Part shown: positions 17,945 through 27,804 of the stretch, piece by piece
How the letters are laid out: every line of letters begins with the position of its first letter
Position numbering within the stretch: the stretch's first letter is position 1
NCBI GenBank assembly: GCA_041288095.1
Contig: JBGGMJ010000195.1
Coordinates: 1-27,804, forward strand
Direction of reading: 5' to 3'
Source: Myxococcota bacterium
Lineage (GTDB): Bacteria; Myxococcota; XYA12-FULL-58-9; JALHOP01
Length of the DNA stretch: 27,804 bases
The notes under the pieces: generated by a model
The model's database searches: none
The model's input: only the letters and a program-made list of their open reading frames with translations
Told to the model about the DNA's origin: nothing
Translations under genes and position numbers: made by a program

Positions 17945-19936
17945 TCAATACGTCGTGCCGTCGACGCGATTCCACAGCCACGCCAGCGCGCCGCTGCGCG
18001 CCCCAGCCCGGAGCTCGGTGAAGGACACGCCCGTGAGAGTGCTGGGCAGCGCGACCGGCGCGCGCGCGAGGAGCACTGCGTAGGCGACGCCCGCGACTTG
18101 CCGGGTTTCGGAGAGATAGTCGCCCGCGGAGACGCGGCCGCTCGTCCACGATTGCACATCGATGGGCGCGCCTTTGACGACGTACTCGAAGCGCTGCTGG
18201 AAGCCGCCGCCGGTCGGAGCCGCGCGCACGTGGATGCGATAGAGGCCGGGTCGGAAGCCGGCGCCGACGAAGGAGTTGTCGCGGGTGCGCATGACCGACG
18301 TGTCCTTCACCTTGACGTTGGCGAGCGTCGGGATGGGGCCCGGCAAGTCACTTGCGAGCGTCGACATCGCCGTGTTGACGGTGCCGGTCACCGCGCCTTC
18401 GCTGCGGAACGCCTGGCCGGTCATGGTTTCGACCACGATGTTACTGTCCAGCGTGACGCGCGCGATCGGCGGCGCGTCGCTGTTGTTACCGCTGAGCAGG
18501 ATCCCGGCGTGGCCGACCGACGTGCGCTGCACCGTCCGGTAGAGCCAGTTGTCGCGGATGTCGATGTCGTTGCTGCTCGCCGACGAGTACGACGGCTCGG
18601 ACGCGACGATGATGCCCGCGGCCGAGGTCATGATGGCCCAGTTGTCGTGGATGCGAATGTTGTCGCCGCCGATGACCGCGTAACCGCGCCCGTGGCTTGC
18701 GCCCAGGTGAATGTTGTCGAACCACTCCATGTCACCGCACTTCGCGCACGTGGGGCAATACGTGACGCACGCGATGCCGTCGTCACCGTTGCTCGGCGCG
18801 TTGTTCTTGATGAAGTTCGACCAGACCCATGACTGGCGCGCGCCGCTCGTGTGGTGGATGTGGTCGGCGTACGTGTGATGCACGTAGTTGCCTTCGATGT
18901 ACGAGCGTTGTGAGCCGTACATGAACATGCCGGTCGCGGCTGAGTTGTCGATCTCATTGCCGACGATCTCGGCGTCGGTCGCGTGATCGATGGAGATCTG
19001 GTTGTCCTCCAGAGCGTCGAAGCGCGCCGCCGCATCCGAGGTCAGCTTGAGCCCGAAGAACCCGCAGCCGGTCGCGCGGCAGAGCGTGCTTTGACGCCGT
19101 CGCACGCCCTGCACGGCGCCGAAGATGGTGGCTTGGCGGTTCGGCGCCCAGAGCTTCACGTGCGGCTTGGTGATGATGAAGAGGTTGTTCTTGCGGAAGG
19201 TCTTCGCCGGCGGCAGGTAGACGACGCCGCCGGTGGCGGGGAGCGCGTTCACCGCGGCTTGCAGGGCACCAAGATCGTCGGCGGTTCCGTTACCCGCGGC
19301 GCCGTAGCTCATCGGGTTGACGACCGTCATCGCGGTCAGCGGCGACCAGATCGCTTCAGCGGAGCTAGTCGGCGCGGGCGGCGCGCCGACGCCCGCGATA
19401 GTGAGCTTGGCGACGGCCCCACCCCTGGCTTCGTAGTACAAGACCTGGACGAGGTGATCTCCCGCCGGCACATCGACATCGGCGGTGTAGGTCACGGGGG
19501 ACTGATCCCTGTAGGCGTCGATGACCGGCAAGCCGTCGACATAGACACGCATGCCGTCGTCGACGGTCGCGGTGAAACGATACTTGCCGGCGGCAAAGTT
19601 CTGGCGGCCGATCCAATAGACCGAGAAGTTGTCGGCGGGGACCCCGGCGAGTGGCGCGCTCGCTCGCCAATCGAAGTCGATCTTCGCGTCGCTGCGCTCG
19701 GCGGCACGACGGCTCACGCCCGCGACGCTGTCGTCGTAGTAGAAGCCACGATACGAACCGAGCGGCACGTCCGCGACGCTCAAGTTGCTAGCTTCGATCT
19801 CCAGGGGGCCGAAGCGACGCTCGGCCTCTGCCGCGACCGCGTCTTCGACTTCTTCGCTACCACTGACGCTGCCACCACAGCCGGCAACGAGCAGGAGAGT
19901 GGCCACGAGACGAAGTTGGGTTTCGAAATTGCGCAT
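17945..19936 (-). CDS. Lipoprotein with PA14 domain and right-handed parallel beta-helix (pectin lyase-like) domain
   Basis: Lipobox VAGC. PA14 motifs IDFDW...ADNFSVYWIG...YRFTATVDDGMRVYVDG...YYEARGGA. Pectate_lyase_3-type VNPMSYGAAGNGTADDLGALQAAV...GGVVYLP, followed by Asn/Ile-rich beta-helix repeats. Confidence 0.87.
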   Translation of the reverse strand: MRNFETQLRLVATLLLVAGCGGSVSGSEEVEDAVAAEAERRFGPLEIEASNLSVADVPLGSYRGFYYDDSVAGVSRRAAERSDAKIDFDWRASAPLAGVPADNFSVYWIGRQNFAAGKYRFTATVDDGMRVYVDGLPVIDAYRDQSPVTYTADVDVPAGDHLVQVLYYEARGGAVAKLTIAGVGAPPAPTSSAEAIWSPLTAMTVVNPMSYGAAGNGTADDLGALQAAVNALPATGGVVYLPPAKTFRKNNLFIITKPHVKLWAPNRQATIFGAVQGVRRRQSTLCRATGCGFFGLKLTSDAAARFDALEDNQISIDHATDAEIVGNEIDNSAATGMFMYGSQRSYIEGNYVHHTYADHIHHTSGARQSWVWSNFIKNNAPSNGDDGIACVTYCPTCAKCGDMEWFDNIHLGASHGRGYAVIGGDNIRIHDNWAIMTSAAGIIVASEPSYSSASSNDIDIRDNWLYRTVQRTSVGHAGILLSGNNSDAPPIARVTLDSNIVVETMTGQAFRSEGAVTGTVNTAMSTLASDLPGPIPTLANVKVKDTSVMRTRDNSFVGAGFRPGLYRIHVRAAPTGGGFQQRFEYVVKGAPIDVQSWTSGRVSAGDYLSETRQVAGVAYAVLLARAPVALPSTLTGVSFTELRAGARSGALAWLWNRVDGTTY

Positions 19937-19949
19937 GGACGGGGAGGTT

Positions 19950-19965
19950 TGCAACACGCATGCCG
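19950..19965 (-). promoter_or_regulatory. sigma54 -24/-12 promoter
   Basis: The minus strand reads CGGCATGCGTGTTGCA against the consensus TGGCACG-N4-TTGCW, with exact GG-N10-GC spacing, 13 nt upstream of ATG 19936. Confidence 0.7.
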
Positions 19966-20057
19966 CGACGAAGTGTCGGTAGCACCGTCGCTTTTCGGCA
20001 GCGCGGACCGCTCTCGGCGCGAGCACGCACCGCGAGCGAGGGTGCCTGACCGCACAT

Positions 20058-20076
20058 TCAGGACGAATCGTCCTGA
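20058..20076. promoter_or_regulatory. Perfect 9-1-9 palindrome TCAGGACGA-A-TCGTCCTGA, candidate activator site (or terminator hairpin)
   Basis: Exact inverted repeat, about 120-135 bp upstream of the predicted sigma54 start site and 3 nt past the stop of the delta-60 gene. Confidence 0.5.
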
Positions 20077-20079
20077 GCT

Positions 20080-21438
20080 TCAGGGTGAGAGGCGGATGCC
20101 CGAGAACACGGGGCGAGGGGTTACGCCGTCCGAGATGATGCTGGTGCCCACGGCGACGATGCGACCCCGCGGGTCGATCTCGATGCTGTTGGCGATGTCG
20201 CTGCGCGCCTGCTGGCCGACATCGACCGTGACGATGCCGCCGTTGCCGAACGTCGGGTCCAGCGCGCCGTCGTCGAGCAAGCGCACCACGGCCATGTCGG
20301 CTTGACCCGCAATGCTCGCTTGGCCGGCGACGACGATGCGGCCACGCGCGTCGATCGCGAGGTCATTGGCGGCATCGCTGCCACCAGCGACATCGATGAG
20401 CAGCAGCCCGTTGTCTCCGAAGGCAGTGTCGAGGACGCCATCGTCGGAGAAGCGGCGCAAGAACATGTCGCCGCTGCCGCCGGGCTCGAAGCCCGCGACC
20501 AGCACGCGACCCGCATCATCGACGACGATGCCGTGACATTCGTAGTTGGGCTTGGCGTCCGGGAAGGTGACGCTGCCCGTGCCGGCGAAGCTCGTATCGA
20601 GAGTGCCGTCGGCGCTGACCCTCGCGACGACGATGCGCCGCGGTCCGTCCGGGTCGCCCTGCACGACGCACATGGGAATGCGCCCGCTCGTGTCCTGGTA
20701 GGAACCGCGCCAGAGTCGGTCATCGCCGCCGAGGTCTACGCGTGCCACGCCTTGATCGCCGTAGGTCGTGTCGAGGAAGCCATCGACGAGACGCATGGTG
20801 ATGACGTCGCGACCGCCGGCGTCGTCGAAGCGCGCGTGGCCAGCCACCTTGAGGCCGTTGCCGTCCGCGAAGGTTTGGCAAACGAACTCCTGGCCGATCG
20901 CGTGCGCGCCGGTCGTGACGATGTCCGCTGAAACGTTCCCCAGGAACACGCCACCGCCGCCGAAGCCGGCATCGAGGGCGCCGTTGAAGTGGAAACGCGC
21001 GACGTAGACGCTCGAGAAATAGGGGAACGTGCCGCGGGAGCCCGCGGTGATGATCTTGTCGCCAATCACGGACACGCCGCAGGTGTTCTCGTCACCGGCG
21101 GAGGGCACGGTGACGGTGCCGGTGAGTGAGGTGCCGAAGCCCGGGTCGTCGCCGCCGTTGGGCGTGAGCTTCATGATGCCGACGTCGATCGAGCTGGACG
21201 CGAACGAGTTGCCGGCAAGCACGACGCCACCGTCAGGCAGGAGCGCGGTGTCCCAGGCGTCGTCGCGCGTGGTGCCGAGGGCTTCGAGAATGCGCCCCTC
21301 CGAGCCGAAGCCGGTGTCGAGCTGACCACCCACGCGGGTGTCGACGAGCGCCGTCGCTTCCGGGCTCACGCGCTCGAGGCCGCACGCGCACAGCAGCGCG
21401 ACGGTGACGAGAGAGCTACTCGAGCGCAACGCTGACAT
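20080..21438 (-). CDS. Delta-60 repeat lipoprotein (beta-propeller)
   Basis: Repeats GQLDTGFG, GALDAGFG, GFLDTTYG, GTLDTSFA, GVLDTAFG and GALDPTFG, with GRIVVAG strands; lipobox LCAC. The start could be 21450. Confidence 0.88.
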   Translation of the reverse strand: MSALRSSSSLVTVALLCACGLERVSPEATALVDTRVGGQLDTGFGSEGRILEALGTTRDDAWDTALLPDGGVVLAGNSFASSSIDVGIMKLTPNGGDDPGFGTSLTGTVTVPSAGDENTCGVSVIGDKIITAGSRGTFPYFSSVYVARFHFNGALDAGFGGGGVFLGNVSADIVTTGAHAIGQEFVCQTFADGNGLKVAGHARFDDAGGRDVITMRLVDGFLDTTYGDQGVARVDLGGDDRLWRGSYQDTSGRIPMCVVQGDPDGPRRIVVARVSADGTLDTSFAGTGSVTFPDAKPNYECHGIVVDDAGRVLVAGFEPGGSGDMFLRRFSDDGVLDTAFGDNGLLLIDVAGGSDAANDLAIDARGRIVVAGQASIAGQADMAVVRLLDDGALDPTFGNGGIVTVDVGQQARSDIANSIEIDPRGRIVAVGTSIISDGVTPRPVFSGIRLSP

Positions 21439-21757
21439 CGTTGATCGCATCCTCGCGCCAGGTCGTGCGGACACCGGCTCGTGCAACCTCGGTCTCGCCG
21501 AGAAACCCGGTGACCCAGATCTCGAGTGTAGCGTCGGTGGTGCTCGAGGGCTCGAGGATCACGTGTTGCGGAAACCCGCTCTCGAGACGATAGGCGCCGC
21601 GACCAACCTCGGCGCCGGTCTCATCGGTCGCGGCTACCGTCAGGTTGTCGACCTCGTCCGGGACGACGCGCGACGAAACGATCTCGAGGTCGATGTAGGC
21701 CCGTGGCCCGCAGGCAAGACAAGCAAGCACCAGGAGAGGCAGCGTCAGTCTGATCAT
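21416..21757 (-). CDS. Small hypothetical lipoprotein
   Basis: MIRLTLPLLVLACLAC lipobox; ATGA overlap with the upstream gene. Confidence 0.8.
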   Translation of the reverse strand: MIRLTLPLLVLACLACGPRAYIDLEIVSSRVVPDEVDNLTVAATDETGAEVGRGAYRLESGFPQHVILEPSSTTDATLEIWVTGFLGETEVARAGVRTTWREDAINDVSVALE

Positions 21758-22285
21758 CGCAGCTCGATGGGGCCGAAGTCACCGTCGGGTGCGCTCGGGT
21801 TGGCATAGCGGACCACTATGAACGTCGTCGCCGCCGCGACCACGACCCCAACGCCGACCCAGACCCAAGGGCTTGCGTACCAATGCGTCGGCGGCGGTGG
21901 CGCCGGGGCAACGAGAGCCGCCTGGGCCGCGGCGCGCTCCTGTTCGAGCTGGCGGGCCTGCGCGGCGGCGAGCTGGGCGTTGCGAGCGCGTCGATACGCT
22001 TCCCAGATCTTGGGCGAGTTGTCGGCGCTGGGCACGTAGGTGGGCACGCGCGTCAGCAGCTCGGTCATGGCATCGACGGCGCGCGTGTCGCGATTGCGGA
22101 CGAGGTGAATCGTCGCCAAGAGCTCGTAGATCGCCGTGAGCTCTTTCGCGTCGTTGGTCTCGTTTGCCGCGCGGTACAGCAAGGCTTCCGCGTCGTCATA
22201 GCGGACGGCGTCGTAGGCGCGTTGTGCCGCGATGAAGCTCGGCGACGCGGCGCCGAGACAAAGAATCAACATGAGCGCGATGAGC

Positions 22286-22293
<8 letters not shown>
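21754..22293 (-). CDS. Exported TPR-like protein with C-terminal TM anchor
   Basis: Signal peptide MRELIALMLILCLGAA, helical TPR-like segment AQRAYDAVRYDDAEALL...SPKI, and PPTHWYASPWVWVGVGVVVAAA tail. The start overlaps the activator stop. Confidence 0.8.
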
Positions 22294-23611
<1,318 letters not shown>

Positions 23612-23676
23612 GGTGCGCCTGCGAGCGTACGTGAATGCTTCGCGAAATCGCAAGTCTGCGGATACCCTCGACCTAA

Positions 23677-25188
23677 GTGCCCACCGGAATCAGCTTTGGT
23701 CGATACAGGCTACTGCAGCGACTCGCTGTCGGCGGCATGGCCGAGGTGTTTCTCGCGGCCATCGACGGCCCGGAGGGCTTCAGCAAGCGCGTCGTCATCA
23801 AGCGCTTGCTGCCGCACCTGGCGACCGACTCGGCGTACATCGACATGTTCGTGGACGAGGCGCGGCTCGCCAGTCGCTTCAATCACGCCAATCTCGTCCA
23901 GGTGCACGAGCTGTCGAACACCGCCAACCAGTATTTCATCGTCATGGAGTACCTGCGGGGCTTGGACCTCGCGCACGTCATCGACCACTGCGAGGTAGCG
24001 CGGAAACCGGTGCCCGAAGACGTCGCCCTGCATCTCATCGCGCGCGCTTGCGAGGGGTTGCACTATGCGCATCAGCTTCGTAACGACGCGCACGAGCCGC
24101 TCGCCATCGTGCATCGCGATGTGTCGCCGACGAATCTCTTCGTGACCTGGACGGGCGAGCTCAAGGTCGTCGACTTCGGCGTCGCCAAGTACAGCGGCGC
24201 GATCGGCGAGGAAGAGGGCGTCCTAAAAGGCAAGCCGGGCTACATGTCACCCGAGCAAGCGCGTCTCGAGCCCATCGACGGGCGCAGCGACCTATTCTCG
24301 GCGGGCGCGGTGCTCTACGAGCTGCTGACGCTGGAGCCATTCCTGGCCGCCGGCCCGCATCACGTCATGCTCGCGGCGGCGGGTGGCTTGCGCGACACGC
24401 GACAGAGACTCTCACACCCGCGCATCTCCGACGAGGTACGAGCGGTGCTCGGCCGCATGCTCGAGCCGCGAATCGACAAGCGCTATGCGACAGCACTCGA
24501 CGCGGCACGTGATCTCGATCGCCTGTCGTCGCGGCGCGAGCGTCTGATGTCGAGTGACATCGCTCGCTTCGTCGGCGGCTTGGGTGCGAAGAAAGAAGGC
24601 CAACGCGTTCCCACCGCCATCGTGCAGCCGGGCCAGCACCTGGTGCGGGGAGCGTTGACCGACCCGCGCGTCGATCCGCGCGCACGCCAGCGGCCGCGCC
24701 GGGTTTTCTTCACCGTGGCGACTGTATTGCTCGTGGCCGCTATAGCGGCTGGCCTGTTGCTGCGGCGCGAGGTCACGCTCAGGGAGGTCGTTCCCGTGCG
24801 GCAGTCGGCGCACCAGCCCGAGGCGCCACGGGCACCGGCGCCGATTCCCGAGACCGTGGAGGTAGCAAGAGACCCGCCCCCGGTCCCGCCGCGCCCAGCA
24901 GCGCGACCGTCACCGAGAAAGTCGTCGCGTCCCGAGCGGCGCCGCGCCGAGAGCACACCGACGACTACCCGTCCGCTCGAGAAGGGCCACGTCGCCTTCG
25001 ACGTCCGCCCCTGGGCCGACGTTTATCTCGGTGGCCAACAGCTCGGTACGACGCCCATGGCGCCGATTGAGCTCGCCGAAGGCTCCTACACCTTCACGCT
25101 CGTGAATCCGAAAAGCTCGACCTCGAAGAAAGTCACGGTGCGAGTGCCCGCGGGTGGCACGGTGAAGCTCGAAGCGCGACTCGAGTAG
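23677..25188 (+). CDS. Membrane-bound Hanks-type Ser/Thr protein kinase with C-terminal PEGA-like domain
   Basis: LAVGGMAEVF, VVIKR, HRDVSPTN, DFG, YMSPEQ and DLFSAG; TM helix; Pro-rich linker; RPWADVYLGG..LGTTP PEGA-like segment. Confidence 0.95.
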   Translation: MPTGISFGRYRLLQRLAVGGMAEVFLAAIDGPEGFSKRVVIKRLLPHLATDSAYIDMFVDEARLASRFNHANLVQVHELSNTANQYFIVMEYLRGLDLAHVIDHCEVARKPVPEDVALHLIARACEGLHYAHQLRNDAHEPLAIVHRDVSPTNLFVTWTGELKVVDFGVAKYSGAIGEEEGVLKGKPGYMSPEQARLEPIDGRSDLFSAGAVLYELLTLEPFLAAGPHHVMLAAAGGLRDTRQRLSHPRISDEVRAVLGRMLEPRIDKRYATALDAARDLDRLSSRRERLMSSDIARFVGGLGAKKEGQRVPTAIVQPGQHLVRGALTDPRVDPRARQRPRRVFFTVATVLLVAAIAAGLLLRREVTLREVVPVRQSAHQPEAPRAPAPIPETVEVARDPPPVPPRPAARPSPRKSSRPERRRAESTPTTTRPLEKGHVAFDVRPWADVYLGGQQLGTTPMAPIELAEGSYTFTLVNPKSSTSKKVTVRVPAGGTVKLEARLE

Positions 25189-25358
25189 GCGCACCGGGAA
25201 TAAAAAACCTTCGAGCACTATCGTCAGCAATAACAGCACTGACGCCGACAGCAGCACGCCACCAGAGAACTATTGCTCGCTATCGCGGTGAGCGAGGTCC
25301 ATGGTGCGCGCTCACAATAAAGAATGACGAGACGCTGCACGGAGCAGCTCGCAAGGAC

Positions 25359-25808
25359 ATGTCCATGAATCAAACATCGAATAACGACACCGCAAAGAAG
25401 GACATCATCGAGACGGCGGCGACAGCTGGCAACTTCAACACGCTGGCAAAAGCCCTCGGCAACGCCGACCTCGTGGCAACGCTGAAAGGCGCTGGCCCGT
25501 TCACCGTGTTCGCGCCCACGGATCAAGCGTTCGAGAAGATTCCGAAGGCTGATCTCGAAGCGCTCATGCAGGACAAGAACAAGCTGAAAGACGTGCTTCT
25601 GCATCACGTCATCACCGGTAAGGTGATGGCCGCCGATGTTGGCAAGATGCAGGACGGCGCGAAGGTGGCGACCGTGGGCGGGCGCGATTTCGTGCTCGGC
25701 CGCAATAACGGAAACATCACCGTCGACAAGGCGCTGCTGACGAAATTCGACATTTCCGCGTCGAATGGCGTCATCCATGTGCTCGACACCGTGATTCTAC
25801 CGAGCTAG
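25359..25808 (+). CDS. Single-domain fasciclin (FAS1) protein
   Basis: DIIETAATAGNFNTL, GPFTVFAPTDQAF, LLHHVI and ASNGVIHVLDTVILP. The start may be 25365; no signal peptide. Confidence 0.93.
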   Translation: MSMNQTSNNDTAKKDIIETAATAGNFNTLAKALGNADLVATLKGAGPFTVFAPTDQAFEKIPKADLEALMQDKNKLKDVLLHHVITGKVMAADVGKMQDGAKVATVGGRDFVLGRNNGNITVDKALLTKFDISASNGVIHVLDTVILPS

Positions 25809-25834
25809 CGCCGTCGCACTAGCGTCTGAACGGA

Positions 25835-25869
25835 CTGTCGGTCACGGAGGGCAACCTCGTGACCGGCAG
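25835..25869. terminator. GC-rich hairpin between convergent genes (likely bidirectional terminator)
   Basis: CTGTCGGTCACGGAGG-GCAA-CCTCGTGACCGGCAG forms a ~15-bp stem with one bulge, one G-U pair and a GNRA loop. There is no U-tract. Confidence 0.65.
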
Positions 25870-25887
25870 CCCAACGGCGCCACCGAC

Positions 25888-26208
25888 CTATTCGGCACCC
25901 TTACCGCGTTGCGCTTCGTAAGCCGGCGCGTAAGCGGCGATCACCACCTCGAAGGTCTTGAACGAGTAGCTCTTACCGAGGGAGCCGCTGCTCTCTCTGA
26001 CACCAGAGGTCTTGAGGCGCACGATTGCCTCGGCCTCGAGACGCGCGGGCATACGGACGACGATGCGTCGCTGCTGGTCGAAGGAAAGCTCGAGCTTGCG
26101 CGCGAATTCGCCGAGCTTGGTTTCCAGCGTGCTCATGGCCAGACCGGCCTCCTCCGGCAAGTAGTCCCAACGCGGAAGGACAGCACCGACACCGCTCACA
26201 CTCTTCAT
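25888..26208 (-). CDS. Hypothetical protein (106 aa, no signal peptide)
   Basis: Start MKSVSGVGAV with a GGGAGAG RBS. The upstream 95 codons of the listed ORF look non-coding and overlap the subtilase gene. Confidence 0.7.
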   Translation of the reverse strand: MKSVSGVGAVLPRWDYLPEEAGLAMSTLETKLGEFARKLELSFDQQRRIVVRMPARLEAEAIVRLKTSGVRESSGSLGKSYSFKTFEVVIAAYAPAYEAQRGKGAE

Positions 26209-26241
26209 GGATCTCTCCCAGTATTCAGTTGACGGGGAGAT

Positions 26242-26268
26242 AGATCGGCAGAAGGTCCGCTCGGTTGC
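26242..26268 (-). promoter_or_regulatory. Candidate sigma28-like promoter GCAAC-N16-CGATCT
   Basis: The minus strand reads GCAACcgagcggaccttctgcCGATCT, 33 nt upstream of ATG 26208. Confidence 0.5.
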
Positions 26269-26342
26269 GGTCGCGCGTGGTGAAGGAACCTGCTCGGGCG
26301 TGTGCGGCGACGCACACCGGAAAAATGGGCACTCGTAACGCG

Positions 26343-26369
26343 GCAACTTCTTGGATGAGCGACCGATAT
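26343..26369 (+). promoter_or_regulatory. Candidate sigma28-like promoter GCAAC-N16-CGATAT
   Basis: GCAACTTC-ttggatgagcg-ACCGATAT has the same 8-11-8 layout as TAAAGTTT-N11-GCCGATAA, 28 nt upstream of ATG 26398. Confidence 0.55.
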
Positions 26370-26397
26370 TGCGCTCCCACCTCCAGGAGTCACCACC

Positions 26398-27804
26398 ATG
26401 ACGCCGCCCCAAGTAAGCGCCGGAGCCCCCGGACGTACCGCAGCCCCACAACTTTCCGGCCCCCCGGCCCTCCAATTCACCGCCGGTGAGCACGACGTCA
26501 GCGTCTGGAAGGACGCGAGCGGCGATTCCGTCTACGCGGTGCGTGGGCGCGGTGGTGTCGACCTCGGTCAGGGACGTGCCTCAGGCCAGATTCACCTCGA
26601 TGGCGGCACCGTTTACACGCCCTTCAAGGCCGAGAGCCGTTCCGGTTTCGCGCCACGCGAGGTTCGCTCGGGCCAGCACATCGTCCAGCTCCACACCCAG
26701 GCCTTGCCTGCCTACAAGGAAGAGATCGAGAGGCGCGGCGGTCGCGTCGTTGGCTACCTGCCCGACAACGCCTACCTGGTGCTCGCCAAGGGCCCGGCGC
26801 TCGAAGCAGTGCAGAGCTTGCCGTTCGTGCGCGCCACGATGCCGATGCCCTCGCGGTTCAAGATGGACGCGACCTTCCGCGATGCTGGCACCGACCGGTC
26901 TTTCTTGGACAAGAGCACCGGCGTCGTCGTGTCGGTCGCCGGCAACCAAGCCGTAGCCTCGGTAGAGCGTCAGCTCACGGCGCTCGGCTTCACCGACATC
27001 GAGCGCGGCCATGACACCTTGGTCGCCAAGGGCACCGGGCAGCAGATCCGCCAGGCAGCGGCGCTCGACGACGTCATTTGGGTGGGCCCCGATTCGGTGC
27101 CCAGCAACGATCTCGACAACGCCCGCGTGGTAGGCGGCGTCGATTTCCTCGCTAGAAACACGACGAGCTTCCAAGGCCAAGGTCAGCGCGCCCACGTCCT
27201 CGAGGGCATCGAAGCCGGCCATCCGGGTTTTGCCGCCAACGCGTTTCGCCAGGCGCCCATCGCCGTACTTGACGGCGCCTCCGATAGCCACGGCCAGGCG
27301 ACCGCCGGCATCGTGTTCGGCAACAACCCGGCGTCGAGTCACCCCGGCGCGGTCGGCATCGCTCCGTTCGCGCAGCCTTACTACACCAACCGCAACGCGA
27401 TCTTCCGCGCCGCTCCGGGCAGTCGCGAGCCCGGCAGTCGTTACGCTCTCACCAAGGAGCTCGTCGAGCAGCACAACATCGACGCGCAGACGGCATCTTG
27501 GGGACATGCGCTCACGACGAAGTACGACGAGCGCTCGCGCGAGCTCGACACCATCCTCGAGGAATTCGACCTCCTCGTTACCCAGAGCCAGAGCAACAAC
27601 GGCAATCCGCAATCGCGTCCGCAGGCGTGGTCGAAGAACGTCATTCCGGTGACGGCGCTCTACCACTTCGACAACGCGATCTTCGATGACGACAAGTGGA
27701 ACCGCGGCTCGAGCACGCGCGACGGTGGCGACAAGCGCATTGGTCGCACGCTGAGCTCGTTCTACGACAAGATCGCAACGACGGCGGTCAATGGCGGCTA
27801 CCGC
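26398..27804 (+). CDS. S8 subtilisin-like serine peptidase with prodomain, 3'-truncated (absent from the ORF track)
   Basis: Manual translation gives an AGGAG RBS, ATG 26398 and an open frame to the window end. Prodomain HIVQL...GGRVVGYLPDNAYLV...VQSLPFVR; catalytic-type motifs QGQGQRAHVLEG, DSHGQATAGIVFG, GIAPFAQ, TASWG and TQSQSNNG...AWSKNVI. The catalytic Ser motif is beyond the window. Confidence 0.88.
   Translation, partial: MTPPQVSAGAPGRTAAPQLSGPPALQFTAGEHDVSVWKDASGDSVYAVRGRGGVDLGQGRASGQIHLDGGTVYTPFKAESRSGFAPREVRSGQHIVQLHTQALPAYKEEIERRGGRVVGYLPDNAYLVLAKGPALEAVQSLPFVRATMPMPSRFKMDATFRDAGTDRSFLDKSTGVVVSVAGNQAVASVERQLTALGFTDIERGHDTLVAKGTGQQIRQAAALDDVIWVGPDSVPSNDLDNARVVGGVDFLARNTTSFQGQGQRAHVLEGIEAGHPGFAANAFRQAPIAVLDGASDSHGQATAGIVFGNNPASSHPGAVGIAPFAQPYYTNRNAIFRAAPGSREPGSRYALTKELVEQHNIDAQTASWGHALTTKYDERSRELDTILEEFDLLVTQSQSNNGNPQSRPQAWSKNVIPVTALYHFDNAIFDDDKWNRGSSTRDGGDKRIGRTLSSFYDKIATTAVNGGYR

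Noticed and set aside
25189..25358. Possible riboswitch, ncRNA or ECF promoter upstream of the fasciclin gene
   Set aside because: Only a short CTCGCT/AGCGAG stem and A-rich tracts are present; there is no match to the window's motifs or to an RNA family I recognise.

Overview
A high-GC, gene-dense bacterial window with 24 CDS and no RNA genes, CRISPR arrays or mobile elements. The gene content is Myxococcota-like (inference): ECF sigma/FecR-TPR anti-sigma cassette, FHA-sigma54 activator facing a PEGA Ser/Thr kinase, and many lipoproteins. The central module (5637-16433) holds an ECF sigma, a zinc-finger/FecR/TPR anti-sigma, a putative outer-membrane protein, four paralogous uncharacterised lipoproteins and a MauG/bCcP-type di-heme lipoprotein fused to a BNR-like propeller. 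The same bipartite motif, AGATCCGCCCG-N16-CCACTAA, lies upstream of the sigma gene and of both His-rich tandem paralogs, defining a candidate autoregulated regulon. Two further regulatory patterns are visible. First, a sigma28 (FliA/WhiG)-like motif AAC-N16/17-CGAT(A/C) precedes four genes without signal peptides, one of them a Glu-His-type subtilase missing from the ORF track. Second, a sigma54 -24/-12 promoter with a perfect upstream palindrome precedes a PA14/beta-helix lipoprotein, downstream of the activator operon. All functional calls come from motif reading only; no database searches were run.
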